Positions 25,977-32,365 of a stretch of DNA of 32,365 nt are shown here, one piece after another; position 1 is the stretch's first letter; every line of letters begins with the position of its first letter. The stretch is from Nemertoderma westbladi (lineage: Eukaryota; Animalia; Xenacoelomorpha): NCBI GenBank assembly GCA_032718475.1, contig JAUCBJ010000999.1, positions 1 through 32,365 of the forward strand, read 5' to 3'. The notes below the pieces were generated by a model. It was not told the DNA's origin, did not search any database, and worked only from the letters and a program-made list of their open reading frames with translations. A program made the position numbers and the translations under genes.

Positions 25977-27303
25977 TACAGTCCAATAGTTTATTGCATG
26001 ATGTTCATGCTGGATGATCCACCAAATAACGGTTGGTTATCGGTCTCGTATAAGTCTTTTTCTTCTTCTCTAAAATCTTTCCTCCGATTCGGAATTCTAC
26101 TATCCGAATATGTCTGTCCATTTACTCCCGCCACTTCTCTCGCTGGTTACCATTGATTGTCTCCTCCGATGCCCACAGTCTGTACTGACACTCATGGCAC
26201 CAACGCCTCGCACTGCTCCAGCCCCAACCGCTCTGTCCACTGCCCCAACCCCAACTCCCCTCACCGTTCCAACTCCCACTCCTTTCAGCGCCTTGACCCC
26301 CACACCCGACCATCCTTCTCAACCCTCCGCACGTGGTCTCTGTCTAAAACTCTTATCAAAGGAAATCAAACACATTCTCGTTAATAAAGAACCCGCGGCT
26401 ATAGTAACAGTTTAACATTGGTAAATGTCTACCGCTTCATTCCTCTCAAACTCGATGTAATGATGTGTGTTAAGATCAGCCCCAACTTGACAATTCTGAA
26501 CTCATTCTGCCTAATCCAAACTCAATAATGAGTCAGAATCCGATCGCGACATATGAACTCTATGCCGACCCTATTGAACTAACTCTTGGCCGAGTCATAT
26601 TATTTAGGACCATATACTGTATATAATTGTTTTGCTTCTATAGTTCCCTACGTGGAACAAGGCAATAATGAGATTTTTCTCATTTGTGTGGTGAAGGAAA
26701 TTTAATTTTATATTGATTTATGAATTACCTCTGGGAGAGAACCATAATTATTATTTATTTAAATATTAAGTATTTAAATAACCTCAAACAGAAACCGCAT
26801 ATATTTTCTAGTCAGATTTTTGCAAACATCAGGCACTCACGCAGTGCAGTTTATTTATGCAGGACAAAAAAACTATTTTTCAAAATCTTGGCTCAAAATC
26901 TTTTTTTATGACCAATTCGGGCCAAAATTTGCCATGGGGGTGTGTATGTATAAAATATTTTCGCGCCTCCGTAGGCAAACATACAAAAGTACGCACAATA
27001 ATAAAACATAATTATTCCCTCCCCCCACCCCCCTTTCTCACTGCAATATCCCATCTCCATCTAAAAGCCAATATCACGGCCTAAGTTCCATCCAGTCACC
27101 TTTCCACCCCCTCACTCACCTATCAACCACAATATTGTTAGCTTCCCTGTAAGCTACTGCCGTCCATTAAGGGAGTGAGTGCCCTATACAAACACTCCCT
27201 TCCTTTTCATTGGAGCCCCCACTATGCAAACATTACCTGCTTCCTTATTGTATTAAACTCACCGAGTCATTAATTAACAAGGGAATATTTTGTACCGAAT
27301 CAA

Positions 27304-28099
27304 TCTCTAGGGATTATCATTGGCAGTAACCAGTTATTGGTCAGTCTGGTCAGCCGACCACACCGCACCGACTTAGATCCTGACACCTTCAGGGACAATC
27401 TTGCGCTGGGGTATGGCTTAACGCCGCCAGGCCTCCCGTCGAACTGCGAGTGATGTGGAGCTCCATTTACAACCACCCACGCCATCAACTGTAAACACGG
27501 GGGCCTTATAATAAAGCGGCACGACGAATTGCGCGAGGTGTATGGGGGACCTTATCTCTTCTGCTTGCGGTGGATCTTGCGTCCAACGTGAAGTGACCCT
27601 CTCCACCACCGGTTATCTGGACGGATGTGGGCGGGAGGTCGGAGGAGTGAGGGCCGATCTTTTGCTGCGTGGAATCTGGGCCAATCAGAGGGTGGCGTCT
27701 TTTGGTATCGCGATTGTAAACGCCGAAGCCCCCTCTTATACCAACAGGTCCATAGACTCCGTTCTGGAACAACGGGTACGCGCCAAGAAGACGCATTACA
27801 GTGCAGTCTTTGAGGAGAGGAGGATTTCTTTTACTCCCCTCGTTGGCACAACGGTTGGTGTCTGGTGCAAGGAGGCCGAGATTTTTATTCGGCACCTAGC
27901 TGAGACGCTTGTGGCCAGACGGGATGGGATGCGTTCCCGTGGTTTTGCATTGGTGATGGGTGGAGTTCGGAGACGACTCCAGTTCGGGTTGCTACGCTCC
28001 AACTACATATGCCTGCGCGGTGCCCGAAGACCTTGGAGAGCCTTAGGTTTCGGGGACGGCGCTGGCCTACGGGGTACAGACCTCCCCAACTCCTATTAA
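27304..28099 (+). pseudogene. 5'-truncated, decayed CRE-clade non-LTR retrotransposon: CCHC zinc knuckle plus restriction-like endonuclease
   Basis: Frame 1 reads FRDNLALGYGLTPPGLPSNCE*CGAPFTTTHAINCKHGGLIIKRHDELR (stop at 27451). A +1 shift near 27541-27548 leads into GDL...RADLLLRGIW...F(G)IAIVNAEAPSY...KKTHY...FTPLV...G...EA...LRGAR. An AT-rich tail follows at 28100-28200. No RT domain remains. Confidence 0.8.
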
Positions 28100-28772
28100 A
28101 TCGGCAATCACCAAATAACTAACTCAGTAACTCAATTACTATTATATGTAATTATAATATTATTAATATATTATTGATTTTATTAATCATATTATTAATA
28201 CTGGTGCGATCTACACAAAGTGGATTATTCATTTGATTAATTATTTCGATTCGTTATTGGTCAGTTCAGAACAAATCAAATATTAATCATGTTTTATATA
28301 TTATTTCAATGTGAATTACTGTACAAGAAACACAGATTATAGGTGATAATTAGAGATCAACTTCACATTGACCCGAATACCGGGCTTAAAAGGGCTACAT
28401 TTGGATGAAAAAGTCAGTCAGTAACGACGCCTTAGTAGGGGTAGATGGCAGCCTCGGCAGCTAATCGGAATCTGAAGCTGCACTAAGTTTATTACGACTT
28501 TTCATGACTATTTTCCACAAAATAGACTTTTCTACAATCAGACGATTTGCAATAGACTTTTTTGTATATTTTTCAGAGTATTGTAACATAACGAAACGAC
28601 TATTGGCTTTGTACTTTGGATCCTAACGGACCCAAAGCACCCCTCACCCGGTTTCTCTTTCCCCTCTTCCCGGAGGATTTTCTATGGTGTTACTTATAGT
28701 CCATGGGCCAGCCAGCATAGGGGATACTTTTTGGTAACCACCCGGAACTTATATTTTTGGGAAGACCTAGCT

Positions 28773-29177
28773 TCTGGCCATTCATTTTGATATGATAACA
28801 AATCTGAATCGGTAGCTGACTTGGTGTTATCACCGGTTGTCATGGAAATGGCAAAATAACAAACATGCTGTAGTAGTCTAAGAACTGAATATAAATTCTT
28901 TGCGTCTTCTGAAAAAGATAGCTACTGGTCTAACAATTCTAAATCTGTCATAAAATCCTGGAATATAATTATTGTCTGGCCATTCATTTTGATATGATAA
29001 CAAATCTGAATCGGTAGCTGACTTGGTGTTATCACCGGTTGTCATGGAAATGGCAAAATAACAAACATGCTGTAGTAGTCTAAGAACTGAATATAAATTC
29101 TTTGCGTCTTCTGAAAAAGATAGCTACTGGTCTAACAATTCTAAATCTGTCATAAAATCCTGGAATATAATTATTGT
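28773..29177. repeat. 202-bp tandem duplication, two apparently identical copies
   Basis: TCTGGCCATTCATTTTG...GGAATATAATTATTG starts at 28773 and 28975. Confidence 0.93.
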
Positions 29178-30771
29178 TGCCATAGGAGCGCTGCTAAATT
29201 AAAACTGGCATGTATTAGAAAAATAGCTACCATTCTAGAACAATATCATTATTTTAAAAACACATTGCCACATGTTGTTGAATATTAGTTTTGGAAAATT
29301 TTGGTATACTCTGAGAGCGAAACCTGTTTTGTTATAATGGTTATATATGGTACAAAAGTTATACCCATGTCTGAAATATTTTTCTTTATCAACATTTTAA
29401 TCTCATTCCACTCTGTTTCAAAATTATGACAAAATATTTAGGTCAATGAAAAGCAATCAATCATAATGTCACTACAGTACAATACTTTAACATAACAAGC
29501 GACATCTAAATAGCATTTCAGACACCACTCCTTCACAGGTTACCATGACAACAGATGCACACTATCAAACATATGACTTGACACCTACCACAAAAGCATA
29601 CACTTTAGCATACACATTAATTTTAGCATATATATTTATCATCATTGTTCCTAAATTATTTCTGTAAAGATGATACCCTCGATAATGACATTTTTGAACT
29701 CTAAATCCACTCTTTATTTTATCCATTATTTTACGAGTTAAATAATAAGCAAGTTGGCTTATTAGTCTGGCACCTTACTGTACACTAAGTAGTGCCTATG
29801 TCCTATAGATATACTGTAACATCCTGTTGCAGCTAGTAGTGGTGAGATATACATAAGTACACGAGGCAAACCAATTGCGCGGTGAGAATAACCGGTAGAT
29901 CTGTAGTATATAAGCTGTAGGCCTATAAAAGAGGATATAGTTGATCTCCCTGAACAATGCCTACTGTTTGGGTGATAGGGTGACGGTTTACCGAGTTAAT
30001 GCATTTTATTAATAATAATTTAATTAAATATTAAAAAATTAATAAGTTTTATTAATAATAAATATTAGTGCAATATATTTGTTAAATAAATAAATTTATT
30101 CCTATACCCACCACCTTAAACTAAAATAACATATGAAAAGCACCGGAAAAATTAAACCTTGAAGAAATGTAGGGTACCACCAGGAGGGGAGGTTACTTTA
30201 TATGCACACAATGTATTTATACCGTATACCGGTAGTTTATGCATGTATAATGGGCTATACAGAATATACAACAACCACCATTGATAGATAACGATTCAAA
30301 AATATAGTAGTTTCAGAGATCTCCGTAACTATGGTGATGTCCATACAGTAGAGTAGAGTACTTAGTCTTCTAACAAATCAACAGCCTCGGTTCCTTTTTA
30401 AAACGGAACCTTTTTTGATAAATTGCTCATCGCGACCTAATATCATCCTCCTTTATGTTCTCTTTGTCTAATGTTCTAGAAACATAATAAACCCGTTTGA
30501 TATCCCAATCCTATCATATATAGTTACTGTAATTTCTAATAATTCATATAATCTAATAGGGCCTAATATATTAATAATACTTATATAAATACTGCTGCTG
30601 TTCTATTTACTGTAGTTCGAAAAATAATTCTATAAAGCAGATTAATTCTAAGACGACATTAATTTCATCGTAATTAATAATGATGAATCTCTATTAAGAA
30701 CATTCAGCTCATAGTAGTTTGTTATTACAAACTGTACAGTATCCTATTGAGGTTAATTAATCTATCGGGAC

Positions 30772-30969
30772 TTATACCAACCTTCGAGCAGCAGTTAACC
30801 TGGACCCTCTCGTACGAAATGTCTCTTCGAATGACTCCCGAAATCGCAAAGATCGCACCTTCAGGAATCCGTCAGCCTCGGACTTCGCTACATCATGGTT
30901 AGGAAGTTTCCTGCCAAGGGTCATACAGATGTTTAACAGAACAATACATAATATCAACTTAAAATACAT
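30772..30969 (-). CDS. Candidate small secreted prepropeptide (probably a first coding exon)
   Basis: Start context CAAACAAAATG. Hydrophobic signal-like MYFKLILCIVLLNICMTLG, then VAKSEADGFLKVRSLR (RxxR convertase site) followed by FRESFEE. More GC-rich than the flanks. Possible donor AG|GTTGGT at 30781. Confidence 0.5.
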   Translation of the reverse strand: MYFKLILCIVLLNICMTLGRKLPNHDVAKSEADGFLKVRSLRFRESFEETFRTRGSRLTAARRLV

Positions 30970-31359
30970 TTTGTTTGATTAATAATTAATATTAAACTTG
31001 ATCTGTTTTTTACTACCGTAATCTGTAGGGCCAACTACAGCTACCAATTAACACGATTGCTGGACCTTCGCGCAACACGAGATGCACCTTGGAATAGAAC
31101 AGGTGAACCGGTAGTGCGGTAGTCCGACCGTAATTGCGAGCTTTAACGGATTATAAACAACGAATTGGTTGAGATTATCACTTTTTGCCATCTCGCCCTC
31201 TAGCGGCAGACTGAAAACTGACTTTATTTCCTATGGAAACGTTATTTTAAACTTATTGCAGACAAATGTGTAACAATTAATTGTTAACATCTAAACATTA
31301 CGGTTCCCATTCCCTAAGCTTTTTGACTTTATGGCTAGCCCCCCACCCCCCCCCCCCCA

Positions 31360-31740
31360 CACAGTGGGCCAGAAACCGTGTTTTGCGGCCAAAATTCCTT
31401 ATTTCGAAAAATATTCATAGTTTGGGCACTATTTTTCACCTATACGGGTTTTCGATAGCGGCAAATCTTCTCAGATGGGTCTCAAATTCTCAAAGGGTGG
31501 CTTATTTGTGCCATTTCTGGCACGTGCCAAAATTGGTGTATTTGGCAAACACAATAGACACAGGCAGAATGGCTCAGATTTCGGTTCCACAAGGTTTAAC
31601 AGGGTGCTGAAGCACTAACAAATGGCTTCAAATTCTCTAGTAGCGTAGAAGTGCCACTTTTTAGCTTGTGGCACATGGCACATGTGTTTAGCATGGCACA
31701 AAATATCAAAATCTCTGAAGCTTTATAGCGAAAATGTTTG
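31360..31740 (+). mobile_element. Probable single terminus of a Transib-like DNA transposon; inner extent approximate
   Basis: Starts CACAGTGGGCCAGAAACCG...GGCCAAAATTCC directly after a C-rich tract, as expected for Transib termini and GC-rich targets. No partner end or transposase was seen. Confidence 0.4.
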
Positions 31741-32365
31741 CACGGGAAATAAAGTACTGACACTTCGTGCGTAATCCCGTAGAAAACAGCCTTACTTTAC
31801 TTTTACTTGTGAGTGTGGTTGTGATGGGATTTCACAAACTCCATATACAGTATATACTGTACACTACTCTACTGTTTGTGCGAAAAATCTAAAGACACGT
31901 GGAGTGTGTTGAATGGACCAGCTGTATCCATGTACAGTACCGGTATATAGAATGCTGTCTGAAGGAAATGTTATCGCATCGCGTGACGGAGAGTCTGAGT
32001 TGTTTTTAATAATCGTAAATTATTAACAGAGGTTGCAATCTGTGTCTATGTATGCTAATAGTTTGGTTGCATGGATAAACGAAGCAAAAGTTGCTTTGTA
32101 TGCAGTACCGGTGCGGCTACAGTACACCAACACCCCCCCCCCCCCCCCCCCCCCGGCTGGCTGTTGCAGTGTAGATCAATCATCTCAAAGTACAGTATAT
32201 CAATGTTTAACCAGAGACCAATTGAATTTACCAGAAAATAATTGTAATAAAACAATAATGTTAAATAAAGTTTTTTTCCTCCAATTTTCTCAGGAGTTCT
32301 TCAGTAGTCGCTACTACTGCCATACCGCCCTCTGCCGTTACGATCAACCATAAGTATCAATTCCT

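Noticed and set aside
11143-26156. Dozens of + strand ORFs up to 537 aa
   Set aside because: The 54-56 bp period cycles through frames, and the + strand has essentially one optional stop (TCTAAC/TCTCAC), so long ORFs arise by chance.
26100-26415. Mucin-like PT-rich and Gly-rich ORFs
   Set aside because: Low-complexity sequence open in several frames, with no splice or homology support as a gene.
26725-27035. Possible MITE remnant
   Set aside because: Could not define matching termini or a TSD.
30388-30410. Hairpin GGTTCCTTTTTAAAACGGAACC followed by a T-run (terminator-like)
   Set aside because: Intrinsic terminators are not expected in this eukaryotic context; probably chance.
32033-32353. 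ORFs with poly-P/poly-G
   Set aside because: Driven by a poly-C tract; similar tracts occur at 445, 8035 and 31339.

Overview
Eukaryotic, AT-rich, transposon-saturated DNA, probably from an invertebrate animal (inference). (1) ~380-9400 is a nest of DNA transposons that can be unpacked from TIRs and target-site duplications. An old Merlin (IS1595-like) element has a TA-flanked foldback MITE in its left TIR. That MITE holds a second Merlin element, whose transposase remnant is split by an apparently intact piggyBac element (TTAA TSDs; two-exon, 594-aa DDD transposase). The right TIR of the outer Merlin is interrupted by a MULE-like element carrying a Helentron/HINE-like repeat with (GAC)60 and CTCF-like motifs. 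(2) 11122-25976 is a ~14.9 kb satellite of ~270 54-56 bp monomers, each with a 9-bp inverted repeat around a 7-8 nt spacer, organised into a 3594-bp higher-order repeat. All ORFs in the array are artefacts. (3) 26-32 kb holds a decayed 5'-truncated CRE-clade non-LTR retrotransposon, a 202-bp tandem duplication, a candidate small secreted prepropeptide exon and an RSS-like Transib end. TACAGTA/TACTGTA-type excision footprints are pervasive. No database searches were run; family calls rest on motif recognition.
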